Source of the DNA: Trichosphaerium sp. ATCC 40318
Lineage: Eukaryota; Protista; Tubulinea
DNA length: 64,000 nucleotides
Assembly: GCA_038496445.1 (NCBI GenBank)
Contig: JALMLS010000354.1
Location: 124,001-188,000, forward strand
Direction: 5' to 3'
Program-made: the position numbers and the translations under genes
Shown: one piece after another, positions 39,894 to 52,009 of the stretch
Layout: every line of letters begins with the position of its first letter
Position numbering within the stretch: the first letter of the stretch is position 1
The notes under the pieces: model-generated
What the model was told of the DNA's origin: nothing
The model's input: the letters and a program-made list of their open reading frames with translations, nothing else
Databases searched by the model: none

Positions 39894-41457
39894 ATGAATA
39901 CAGCTACAATCGTGGCACTGCTACTTTTTCTATGTTTGGGCGCTATAAAAGCAGCTAAACGAACAGAAAATCTTTTTTCTGGCTCAAAACACACAAATAA
40001 CTGGGCTGTATTGGTAATGCGCGTAGTGAGTAACTTGCGGTGCTGACTAGCTTAGGTATCAACTTCTCGCTTCTGGTTCAATTACAGACACAGTGCCAAT
40101 GTATTGTCGATATACCGTACAGTAAAGCGTCTTGGAATACCAGATAAAAACATTATTTTGAGTACGTTGGCAAAACTTTAACTTTAATGTCAACGCAACG
40201 TAGTGTTGGCTGATGATATGGCGTGCAACTCTAGAAACTCGTATCCTGGCGAAATATTTAACAACGCCAACCACAACATCAACCTCTACGGTAACTACAG
40301 AGTTCATCGATCCATTAAATGACACTTGACAGGTGATGACATTGAAGTTGATTACAGAGGCTACGAAGTGACAGTAGAAAACTTCATTCGTGTACTCACA
40401 GGCAGACACGAACCTAATACTCCCGCTAACAAGCGACTCCTGTCTGACGAAAACTCCAACATTCTTATTTACATGTCTGGGCATGGTGGTGACGAATTTC
40501 TCAAGTTCCAAGATCACGAAGAAATATCTTCCTTGGATCTTGCTGATGCTTTTGAACAAATGTACCAAAAGAAGAGGTACAACGCAATTGTAATTAGTCA
40601 AAATTCTAACTGATTTGGATGTAGGTATAACGAAATACTGTTCGCTGTAGACACGTGCCAAGCAACGACATTGCACTCAAGATTTTACACTCCGGGTGCG
40701 CTAAAACGCAAATTAAATAATGTAATGTTGTTGTAGGTGTCATACCAGTCGGTAGCAGCAGTAAAGGAGAGAACTCATACTCGGTACTAAGAATAAAATA
40801 ACATGGAACATGCTCCTTACTAGTGCTTTAGCATCACTCAGACTCCTCAGTTGGCGTAGCTGTGATTGATCGATTCACATACTACACTTTAGAGTTTATG
40901 GAAGGGATCAAACAAGATTCTTCTAAAACCCTAGATCAGTTGGTGCGTGTTGGCGCTATCACACTTGTAATATCTTGCTTATACTATGTTAGTTTCGCTA
41001 CTATACGTACAACAAACTTGCTTCAAATGCAGGTACGCACTGCGAGGCATCATAGTCCCTAGTTAAGTTGTTGATAGGATGGTCCACAAAGAATTATGCG
41101 AGGCCTCTCAATAAAGTGAAGGTGACAGAATTTTTTGGCGCAGTCAGCCCCGTCGCGATTACAGGTACACCTGCACCTACAATTTATGGCTCACAAATTA
41201 AAAAGGGGACGCGTATCCGTTGCCTCTGGCCTCCACCAAAAAATCTGCCTCCAAGGCAACGAACGAGTACGCAGCACGACGTACGTTTACACTAACAAAC
41301 TGACAGGTGGAAAGCAAGATATGTACCAGCTTCCGAGTCTCAGTCCAGTGAGAGCGCAGTGCAAGGGTTTGAGCTAACGCCCGCATTCGTAAGCAAAGTC
41401 GTTGGGGTATTAGTAGCGCTTATTACTATGCACTTTGTGCAATCGCTTGTAAATTAA
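39894..41457 (+). CDS. PIGK: GPI-anchor transamidase catalytic subunit (peptidase C13)
   Basis: Signal peptide, [64 protein letters not shown]-terminal TM. Confidence 0.95.
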
Positions 41458-41725
41458 ATGAAGCGTGCTTGAATATTGAAGCTACACGCACTTGTTTGTA
41501 CATACGGATCAATAAATATCCGCTGCGCTCGTTACGCAAAACTATCGACTTTTTTTTGACTTTTTTTTATTCGCTACGATGCGTAAATTCAATTCTCCTT
41601 GCGATAGTGGAGTGGTGTCTGTTATCTATTACAGTTAAACATAAATAAAGAGGTACCCACTCTCGAATTACAGTGTAAATTCGCGTATTTGTGGCTTATT
41701 TTAACGGATTTACCAGCGACTTCGC

Positions 41726-43276
41726 ATGTACGCACAACAGCCTCGTATGCAGGCGCCAATTTATAACCAGGTGTCACATGTAAGCCACGGTTTTGCGCCA
41801 GCGCCTCAGTACTACACTGGGTATGTACAGCAACCACACGGTTTCGTAAACCCTTTCGAAAGTCCTGTCCCACAACAACAATTCTACTATGCCGTACCAG
41901 CACCGGTATACACCCACCAAATGCAACACATCCCCGTTTCACCAGTAGAATCGACCACAACAGTGGTAGAATCAGAGTCACCTCGACTAAAAAAATGTCG
42001 CCACTGCTCTTGCTATTACAATGACAGCGAAAAGGACGAAGGGTGCACATACCACCCAGGACAATTTAGAGGGGTACAGTCCAGATATTATTTTCACGCG
42101 AAATTTCCCTAGTGAATGCCATTAACCTTTCTCTTTGTTCTTAACCCCGATTATTTTTGACGTTTACCCTTAGGTTTACAAGTCAAGGTTCTCTGCTGGT
42201 AGCCTCATCGCTTGGTCGTGCTGTAAAAACACAAGCAAGGACGCACCAGGATGCAAACGCTTGAGATGTCACAAGGTACACTACAACCGATTTTTCTTTG
42301 CTAAATTTCTGCCTATAGGAGGACAGACGCACTAGCACAGCTATGGCACGTGTTGATTTATTAATGACAAAGTACGAAACCTTTTTTTAGCGCCTTACAG
42401 TAACCTTTGATTAGGTACAATAAACCTGAAGTTACAGTCGAAATTGCCGAGCCTTCTAATGGAGTATGTCCAAATAACTTTACAGCTCCTGGACTTTCGG
42501 ACAGAGAGATAGAGATGAAACCTCTAGTAGATTTCTCAGAGTTCGGTGAGCGACCTGGACCACTATACACGCACGCACTATCAATCAATTTGCAACACTC
42601 ATTGTACAATAGACACAAAGATGACAAACTGTATCCACAATTAGACACTAAAGAAACCGAAGACACCAAGTTGACGGAAGAAGTTGTGGCTGCGCCGGTT
42701 GGACCAAAACTTACTAAGTACAATGTTTACACTTACTGAATTGCACGTGCTTATAAGATTGTATAGGAAAATGCCTAAAGTGTCAAAGACTCAGGTAGTT
42801 GGAGAAGGTGTTATTATGCATGGTGTGGAATTGTCAGACACGCTATCTGGACTTGCTCTTTCTTACAATGTTACTAAAGCGTCAATCAAACGGTAATCTC
42901 CAAACCTTGTTTTACCAATCTCTTGACATTTCCTTGTAGGTTAAACCCGCACATTTACGGAGATAGCATTCAAGGACATGCTTACTTAAAGATACCATAC
43001 ACAGGACCACTCACAGACGTGGAGGAAACCGAGGAGGATGTCAAAAAGCGTCAAAGTGCTGCCGTTGTACAATTCAGAAGACAAGGCAGATGTGGTGCAA
43101 ATGAGGCTTTATACTACATGTCATCTAATGGGTACATTATTTTTATTTTTTCTATGCCTAAACGCATGTGTAGCTACGACATTGCAAAAGCCCTCAAAGA
43201 CAAGCAAGAAGATGAAAAGTGGGCCAAGGATCACGGACATAAGCATGATAAAAGTACTTGGTCTGTAAAACACTAA
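41726..43276 (+). CDS. Q/P/Y-rich protein with CHORD/Btk-like Zn-binding motif, LysM domain and UBA-like C-terminus
   Basis: CRHC...CTYHPG...WSCC...PGC; LysM HGVELSDTLSGLALSYNVTKASIKRLN..LKIP; UBA-like EALYYMSSNGYDIAKAL. Confidence 0.7.
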
Positions 43277-43374
43277 GCCACCACAACCAACCATGTAAAG
43301 AAAAAAAACTTTGTTTTTCATTCTAAGTCTTGTTCGCCTTAATTTGCAGAAAATCTACAAACACCAAAGAGACA

Positions 43375-44460
43375 ATGTTGTTGCGTAGTGCTTTGAATGT
43401 GAGGCGTACCTGTGCTAAAGTCAGTCGCACTAGTACTCGCAGTCAAAAGGTATAATAATGTGGTGAGTGCTATCCCTAACTTTGCCCAGCGTACCATGAT
43501 TGTACCATACGAGCCAGCAGCAGCCATGAGAAATGGATTGATCTGTGGTGGTAGAGAGAATGTATTCATGTCAGCAGAGTCAATTAAGAAGCACCACGAA
43601 CGCACACTCCATGTTGTAAACAGATTAAACGATCAAACTCAAGGCACACATCACGAGAATGTTTCCTTGTATCACTTGCTCGCTCGCTTCAGAGACGATG
43701 CCACAGATGCTATGAACTACAATTTGGCTGGTGCGCTACTTATTTTACATACAATCGCTAACAACACCACTAGGAGAAGTATTTAACCATAATTTCTTCT
43801 GGGAAGGAGTAGTTAGTGGCGGTACGCCTAAAACCTTATGAAATGCAGAGTGTGACATCACTAGGCGCGCAACCTTCAGAATATATGGAAAACGCGATTA
43901 CAGTTCATTTCAAAGACCTGGATAACCTAAAACGCCGTGTACGTGCTTAACCTACGCTCCATCTCGACCCCACCACGCACTCAGCGCTCTTTTCATGCGT
44001 GCAGCACATCAACAAGGCGTTTATGGTTAGTCTCACAATAAGCCTAGTTTAACGATTTGGCATTGGGCATGTTTAATCAAGGATGGATTTGGCTCGTAGA
44101 TGACAACGGACACATGGACGTCATAGCCACATACGGCACCCAAACAGTAGGAGGTAAAGCCACTCTTGTATCTGAGTAACGCCTAATCCGTGTGCATAGG
44201 AAGCTTTGAACTACGACCATTGCTTTGCTTGGATGTATGGGAACACGCGTTTATGTATGACTACGAATTTAAAAATAAGAAGGTACGACATCCAACATTG
44301 CAACTATTTGTTGTGATTGGTTGATAGTGCGTTGGTATGTTTAACATGGTATTAGGATTACTTGAACAACTTTTGGGATTGTGTCAATTGGGAGGAAGTA
44401 GAAAAACGTTTCAAGACGAAGAATGTCATGAATTTCGACAAGGGTTACATCCCACAGTAA
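43375..44460 (+). CDS. Fe/Mn superoxide dismutase-fold protein, probably mitochondrial, divergent
   Basis: Presequence-like MLLRSALN; KKHH..VNRLN, EVFNHNFFW, GWIWLV, PLLCLDVWEHAF..DY, FWDCVNW. Confidence 0.85.
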
Positions 44461-44638
44461 AAATAATCCGTTTTTGTGTACACAAATGCCTTCCGTTTTG
44501 AGATGTAGCTTTGAAGCGTGTACAACATGCGAAATTTTTTTTTGTTTCGTCTCGTAAATATTCTTTGCGAAGACACCGCGTTGACTTCACCAACTTGACT
44601 TCACCTTATTGTTCCGATTGTTATTCCTAGTCTCACAA

Positions 44639-47076
44639 TATGGTATTTGTTTGTTGTGTTTAATTTACGTCTCTGTTTCTCCCCTTATTAATTCTTAAAA
44701 CACAGATGCTAGCAAGGTTGAATAGCAGAAGGCTCGCTAAAGCTAATCAGGGAGCAAAGACCCAGATCACACAGGTGCGGCTCTCACAATGCCTATTAAG
44801 TTCTCAAAAGCGGAGCAAGAAACGTGGAAGCGCTAAAAACTGAATTTATAAAGTAAAAGGCGAAATCTTGCCGTGTTACACTTTCGCTCGCTTTTTGACA
44901 ATTTACGCTGGCTTTTGGTGATAACTCTGCTCTGGCTAAAACTTGCTGTAGACAAAACGCTCGTATGCTGTTAGCGACATTGGCATCGACGCAGATAAGA
45001 ACAAACACCCAATGAGAGGTTTGGATCACGGCAAGGGTGGTATTAGCCTTATGCCAGAACCTCTTGTACCAGAGGATATTACAGCTCCAGTACTTCTCCC
45101 AAAGTACTTATTGAACGCAAATCCAACAAAAATCACCACTTTGGACAACAATGTGCGCGTTGCCACTGAAGATGGCGAAGGAGAAACAGTACGCGCGAGA
45201 ACCTACTACACTAAAAAAGTCCAATCGCCTAATATTCACCGTCAAGGCCACTATTGGTATTTGGATCGATGCTGGTAGCGTTTACGAAAACGATAGCAAC
45301 AATGGTACTGCACACTTTTTGGAACATATGGCCTTCAAGGGAACAGCTACACGTTCTCAATCCGACATCGAAGAAACCGTAGAGAACTTGGGTGCTTCTC
45401 TAAACGCCTACACAAGCCGCGAACAGGTAAGCTTTATGTTCAATTGCAGATTGTAGTTTGCGCCATCAACTCTGAAAAAAAGCCACACAGTCGTAAATCT
45501 TTTTTAAAAAGCTACCAAATTATTGATGTTTGTAGACCGTATACGTTGCGCGTTGTTTCAAGGATCACGTCCCACAAATGATGGATATCCTCGCTGATAT
45601 TCTACAAAACTCCAAATACGACGAAAAAGATATCGAGCGTGAGCGAAGCGTTATCTTGAAGGAGAAGGAGGTACGATTCGGGCTTTTAAGTTACAGTCTC
45701 GAATATTCCATTTTACGCAGTCGAGAGAAAATTAGTTATTTACATTTTGATTTGCCTTCAATCAACGCTTTTACTTAAACATATCTCTCTAGGTTGTTGA
45801 ACAAAACACTGATGAATTGTTGTTCGACTACGTACATGATGGTGCCTTCCAAAGCACACCTCTTCAACGTACTATCCTCGGTCCTGTCAAAAACATTCAA
45901 AACATCAACAAAAATGACCTACAAAGTTTTGTGGATACACACTACACAGGTACACTACTTTGCCGTATTTTTGTGGCGGATCCGCCTGCCCTTATCGACA
46001 TTTATTACCTCGTGCAAAATAATTGATGTTTCATCCTTCAGGTGACCGTATGGTTGTTTCTGCTGCTGGTGCCGTCAAACATGAAGAGATTGTTGAACTC
46101 GCCAACAAAAAATTAAATAAGATCAAGCCAACTTCATCTTTCGATATCAAAACCCTCGATCCTACCTTCTGGACTGGTTCCGAAATTGTCATCAGAGGTG
46201 CGTTTGTCTAGAGACCTTTTCCGGTTTTTTTGTTAACACGGCGTTTCCAATAGATGATTTGATGTCTAACATACACGCTATTATTGCTTGGGAAGGTGTA
46301 GGCTGGTCTCACCCTGACTACTTTGTATTTTTGGTTCTTCAAGCCATGATTGGTGTTTGGGACAAGTCTATGGGTGCTGGTCATAACACTTGCTCTCATC
46401 TTGTCGACAACATGTACAGAGAGCACCTCGCTGTTGGCTTGAGCGCTTTCAACACTTGTTACAACGATACTGGTATTTTCGGTATCCAATGGTACGTTCT
46501 CTCTACAGATACCCATTCATTAATAGCACGTGTGCTTGTATTTGTGTCTAATATTCGTTCGTGTAGGGAAGTACCTGGAGAAGGCTACAATGGCGATTTC
46601 TCTGCAAACAGAGTCGTAAACGAGATGGGCCGTATTAGCAGAATCAACTTGGACCCTGGTGAGCTCCAACGCGCAAAATCTAAGGTTTGGGCTTCTGCTT
46701 TGATGAACCTTGACGGATCATACGCCGTTGCCGAAGATATTGGTAGAAACGTTTTGGCCCTTGGCCGTCGCATGTGTACGCTGTCTAGTTATTTTGTTTC
46801 TATTTAGGGCGTAGCCACCTCAAGTTTGTCTAATCGTTGTTTCTAGCACCATCTGAAGTTGCTGCAAAGATCCAAATGGTTAGCGCTGATGATATCAAGC
46901 GTGTTGCCGATGAACACTTTTATGATTCCGATCCTACTGGTACGTTTTGAAACAATTTTTTTTCTTTCGTTCTTTCTTTTTTGACACCTTATTTGTTAGT
47001 TGTTGCTATGGGTCCTACTTTCAACTGGATGGAGTATGCCAAGATCCGCGCATGGACTCGCTGGAAGCTTGCTTAA
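44639..47076 (+). CDS. PMPCB: Mitochondrial processing peptidase beta subunit (M16)
   Basis: [21 protein letters not shown]...[16 protein letters not shown] (HXXEH), [27 protein letters not shown]. Confidence 0.95.
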
Positions 47077-47208
47077 GTGTTTTTTTTTTCAATGTGTGCT
47101 CAGTATTCATTTCGAACTGTGTTAGTAAACAATCGAACAAAAATAATAAAAAATGTCGATTTAAAGCCTTCAACCCAGAATTTTCATTGTAGTTTTATTT
47201 CGTCGGTG

Positions 47209-49595
47209 ATGACTTCATGGCGCTGGTGTTTAATACTTTTGATTGCGTCCGTGCACGCAAAGATGTTGCTTAACCGTACAGGGCCACCAAAAGGCGAGCG
47301 ACAAAGCCAGGAAATGAAGGATAAGACATAACAACGCCTTTAGGTTGGTCCTTAATGGCACGTGCTTCCAAACAAGAGGTAGTACAATTTATAGTGGCGT
47401 TAACGCAAAAGAACATGCGCGCTTTTGGGGTACAGCGTGTAGATTGTTGCTGTGCTAATATTGTGGATAGCATGTCGTTTTGGATGCAGCAGATCCTACA
47501 TCGCCCAATTTTGGTACTATCGAAATGCTACAACGAACAGCTAACATGTAGAGGTAATTGGTGGTCCAGGGAGCGCATTCTCAACTTCATTGCACCACCA
47601 ACTGTTGTTGTGCGTCACTCGAGGCAACTATTAACAACTGGTTTGCTTAACAACTTTTAGGTCAATGCTGTTTACGATTGGTTGCAGGGAAACGGAGCCC
47701 TGTCTCTAGATGCAACAGGCAGAGACAATATAAGGCAATCGCAATGTCATTCCATCTTTCTGACAAGTTCTAAGATGCACAGCTTCAGTGGCCACTGTCG
47801 AAACCTTATTTGATACTCAACTATTTGTGTTTGAGCACGTGGATGGTGAGGGTTGGCCACATTTGTAGTTTATAACTTGTTCAAGGCAAGCGTGTGATAC
47901 GCCACATGGGTCCTATTTCCGTACCTCGGAGATTTGATACAGTCATAGCACTTGTTACTGGATTATCCGAGTTCATTGCAAGTGCTGTGGTGGTTCCAGG
48001 AGCGGAGATACAGGGAGATAAGGCCAGTGCTGGGTATGTCTTGTTTATGGTATTTTGTAAAACAAACAAGGTATCTTTGCAGGGTCGTCATTCCAACCGT
48101 CTTGCGCAGTCTATACAATCTACCATCCAAACAAGTTGCCAACGATCACAACAAAATTGTATTGTTTTGCAAGTAGCACAAGAGTGTAACACTGGTTTGT
48201 AGGCAGTTGTCGAATTTGAAGGCGATATCAGTTACAAAAAGAACGATACACCCGTCTTCAACACGTTGATGTCTGGTAACAACTTTGGGATGGTTTTGAG
48301 CTAACACTGTTTGCACTTAGAGCATATCCGCATAGACAAGATTGTAGGCAAGTATGATCCGAACACGAGTGATATTGAGACCAATCTCGACGTTCAGTAT
48401 GGCAGTGCTCTTTCCTTAGAGGCACAATTCTGGCTTTGGACTGAAAAAGTATGGATGTATAGCTTTGCTACATCCTTCATGAACACTGAAGACGTGCCTC
48501 AAGTTGTATCCATGAGCTGGGGATGGCCTGAACCAAGGTTCTTGATCTCTTGTATTTACTATAATAACCTATATACAGGCAATGTGAACTTGGGAACTGT
48601 AAAGGAGACACGTCCAAGGCCTATGTGCAAAGAGTCAATAACGAGTTCCTAAAAATAACAGGACGTGGTGTCACACTTGTTGCTGCATCTGGTGACGATG
48701 GAGCTCCAGGACCTTCCAATGCAGCTTGTGATAATGACGTAATTCCTATATCAACTATATTCCCTTGCGTTTCGCCTTGGGTCACATGTGTTGGTGCTAC
48801 TATGTTACAGCCACCCGAGTCAACAGGCAAGGTATTTATTTGTGATCTGTTGCTTTTATTTGTATCGCTTATGGGCTTCATTAAGGAGACTACACCGCCT
48901 ATTTGTACAAAGTACAGGTGTGCGAATACATCAGACGAGGCTGTTTGTACATATCCAGATGCATTGATTACCTCTGGTGGTGGGTTCTCTCAGTACTCAA
49001 GAATGCCTCCTTGGCAAGAAGATGTCGTGCGCGTGTACCTTGAGATTGCAAGGAACCTTCCTAAGCCCTATTTCAATCCTTCAAATAGAGGTACATCCAA
49101 CTATTATTTTGTACGACAACATGCTAAACGCTTATTAAGCTACACCTGATGTATCAGCTCTTGGTCACGCTTTCTTGACCATAATTGATGGAAAGCCACA
49201 ATCTTTAGATGGGCACGTTTAGGTTCTAGAATGAGGTATTTCTTACATTTAGCACAGGACATCTGCATCGACCCCTGTGTTCGCTGCATTGTTGTCATTG
49301 ATTAACAACGAACTATTGAACAAAGGTGAGACAACACTAGGATTCATCAATCCTACTATTTACAAGGGCGTGAGTATGATACCAGACTTGTTCAAAGATA
49401 TAGTAAGTGGCAACAATAATTGCACAGAAAGTTGCTGTGCAGCACATGGATTTCCAGCGGAGATAGGGTAAGAAACACTTACAAGCAATGTTGTTTGTCA
49501 TTAAGTTTTCTTGCAGGTGGGATGCCGTGACTGGGTTTGGTACACCTGACTATACAAAACTACTACAGTTTGTTTTAACAAGACGCACAGAATAA
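47209..49595 (+). CDS. Sedolisin/tripeptidyl-peptidase I-like S53 peptidase with prodomain, secreted or lysosomal
   Basis: Signal peptide; ETNLDVQY, VSMSWG, AASGDDG, SGGGFS, YPDVSA, DGTSASTP, GWDAVTGFGTP. Confidence 0.93.
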
Positions 49596-50447
49596 AACTG
49601 GTTCTTACGCTAGGCGTCGCTTTGACTTTTTCCATTGCTATGATGTACAAAGAACCTTGTTGTGCCTGAACCCATCGTATTTGGCTATGCCCAGCATTTC
49701 AAATTTAGTATCAAAAGTAGTCACGTGTAGATACTTTTTAATTGGTTTTTTTGGCTGTGCAAAATGTGTACCGCCATTGTTTTCAAGATTGTCTATATGG
49801 TAACGTCTCTGGTAGTTGTATTGACCTACCTAGTGGCTTTAGTAATAAGTCAAATGTTATCTTGTGATCCTCGCAGCGGTACATGTTGTATACATGGTGA
49901 AGGTATCATTACGTTTGTTTTAACCACTGTCTGCGCCTTTACTGTATTTCTTTGTAAAGTGGCTTTTTTATACTCTTCAAAGGAAGATTAGGGTGTTGTC
50001 CTCATTACATGGCAACATGCTGTCCAGATAAACAACACTGCTGTCCTAGAGGTTGGGCGTGTGTTTCTAACAACCAATGCGTGCCAACGTATCCTGGTGC
50101 TCGCTCTAAATCAATACCAATGACAGGTACACGTGGAAAATAATCAAACTAATGTACGCCTTTTAGCAATGAGTCCACTCATTTCGAATACCAAGTAACG
50201 GCGAGAAGTTTAAACACATAAGTGACATCCAAAAAGAAATCCAATAGTAAAATAATACGAGGGTTTGCGATTCTACTTTATTTGGCCATTACTTGCGTTA
50301 ATTACTTGCGTTACATACCAAAACTGAAAGCACATGTGATATTTATCTGAAACAAAAACAGCAGTGTCGGCCTCAAAGTCATATTGCGTACTATTTTTTC
50401 AAAAAGGGTGCAACAACCTCTTTGTTGCAAAGGATTTTCAAACAAAA

Positions 50448-50529
50448 ATTTTTTTTTTTGTTTTTTTTTTTTGTTTTTTTTTTTTGTTTTTTTTGTTTTT
50501 TTTTGTTTTTTTTTGTTTTTTTTTGTTTT
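50448..50529 (-). repeat. Degenerate poly(A) tract, (A8-12C)n on the minus strand
   Basis: ~80 nt of T runs punctuated by single G on the + strand. Confidence 0.95.
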
Positions 50530-50797
50530 ACATTCTTGGGCTTCCGCCTTCGAATGCCATTTTTGCTAGATCAATGTCATAGCTGGATATCATTACGATA
50601 TTTTCTACGCCTGTAGGTGGGTAGTAGAGGTCTTCTACCTGTGGGTCCCAAGTCAGAGCGTAGGTGTAGTTTGGTCTGGTGTTAACCAGGATGCTTTTAG
50701 GGACTGTGACCGTGACTTTAATCACTAATGGTCTGCCCAGGAGAGAATTGTATTTTTTACGAGCGTACTTTCGCACTGCTCGGAGTAGTCTTGACAT
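50528..50797 (-). CDS. Intronless 89-aa ORF of unknown function abutting the poly(A) tract
   Basis: ATG-initiated ORF, less AT-rich than its flanks, stop codon runs straight into the A-tract; no recognised domain. Confidence 0.35.
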   Translation of the reverse strand: MSRLLRAVRKYARKKYNSLLGRPLVIKVTVTVPKSILVNTRPNYTYALTWDPQVEDLYYPPTGVENIVMISSYDIDLAKMAFEGGSPRM

Positions 50798-52009
50798 GTC
50801 AAGCAGAAGTATAGATATTATAGTTGTAGTATTCGTATGCTTCCACTAGATAAAAAAATACATTTTGCTTTTAACCAAGTAATTTCTTGTTGCAAAAAAA
50901 TTGTGGTTTGCTATGGTTTTTGAGAAAACCGCTCCAATGCGTTGTACACGGTAATCAAAGCATATCAAGTCCAATCGGTAGTATATAAACAGATTTCGAT
51001 GCTGGGTTTTAAGATGTGGAGTTATGAAGTAAATCGGGATTGTCTTGTTGAGAAACAAATGTGGAAAAAAGTGAAATTCAAAAAAGGCTTAAATGCAACT
51101 TACAGCGGTTTCTGCGTCATGTGCGGTAAATTCCAGGCGCATTTTGAGGATCAGCTATATTTAAAATAGTACGAATCTGAAGAACCGAGAATTTGCGTAA
51201 TCAACCTTTATTTACTAGTTGTACGTTATTGATGTAAAGTAAGGCGTTTCCGTGTTGTTTTGAGCCAAAAAAAGGTTGATCTTTCTGTTGTAGCTTCCCT
51301 CGAGCTCTTGTCGCTCAAAATATGCCTCGGATTTTATAACGCAAAAGAATTATAGCGTTGGTGACGGTTTGAACAGGTAACAGCCTTTTCGGTTTCGAAA
51401 AAACGTGATCGTACCGTTACCGATTTTCAGTTGATTTTTGCTCTCAAACAAGCTTGTATGTAGTATGAGAGATAGCGTAACCTTTTTGGCCCACTCTTTC
51501 AGTTCAAAATAGTATTCCTTTCTTTTTGTTGACTCTAAACGCATTAACAAGAGCCACAACGTATGCCTCTTAGATTCACGATACTTTAAAGCTCTTTCGG
51601 GCTGGTTCTGCACCAACAACAGCGATCACTGTTGAAAACTCGTAAGCATGGCTCATCAGCTTGTTGTGACCCATAAAATAGACAGCGCTTTCCGTGATCT
51701 ACATGCTGACTGGTTTACGCCTTTGCGTATTAAAACAGCGAACTTTTACGACTTTCAATGCCAAATACTCCAATCCATCATCTTATTTTCGGGGACGTGA
51801 TTCCTGTAGTGATGTTTAAGGTTTGTCAAGTAGTAAAAACCAGATCCATTGACGTGTAAAGACGAACAAGACTGAGTAAGTGTTTCAATCCAAAGTCTGA
51901 CAACTTTGGTAGAACACGTGACTGACCAAGACATTGTTTGGAAGATTTATACTGGCAAATTCAGAAATTATACAAAAAAACAGAAATTTATTTGTTCAGT
52001 GCCAGCGAA

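Noticed and set aside
40059-40676. 205-aa minus-strand ORF
   Set aside because: Antisense shadow of GPI8 exons; no recognisable motifs
49764-49991. 75-aa hydrophobic ORF
   Set aside because: No motifs or supporting exon structure; plausible by chance in T-rich DNA
50364-50616. Three Phe-rich ORFs on the + strand
   Set aside because: Translation artefacts of the poly-T tract
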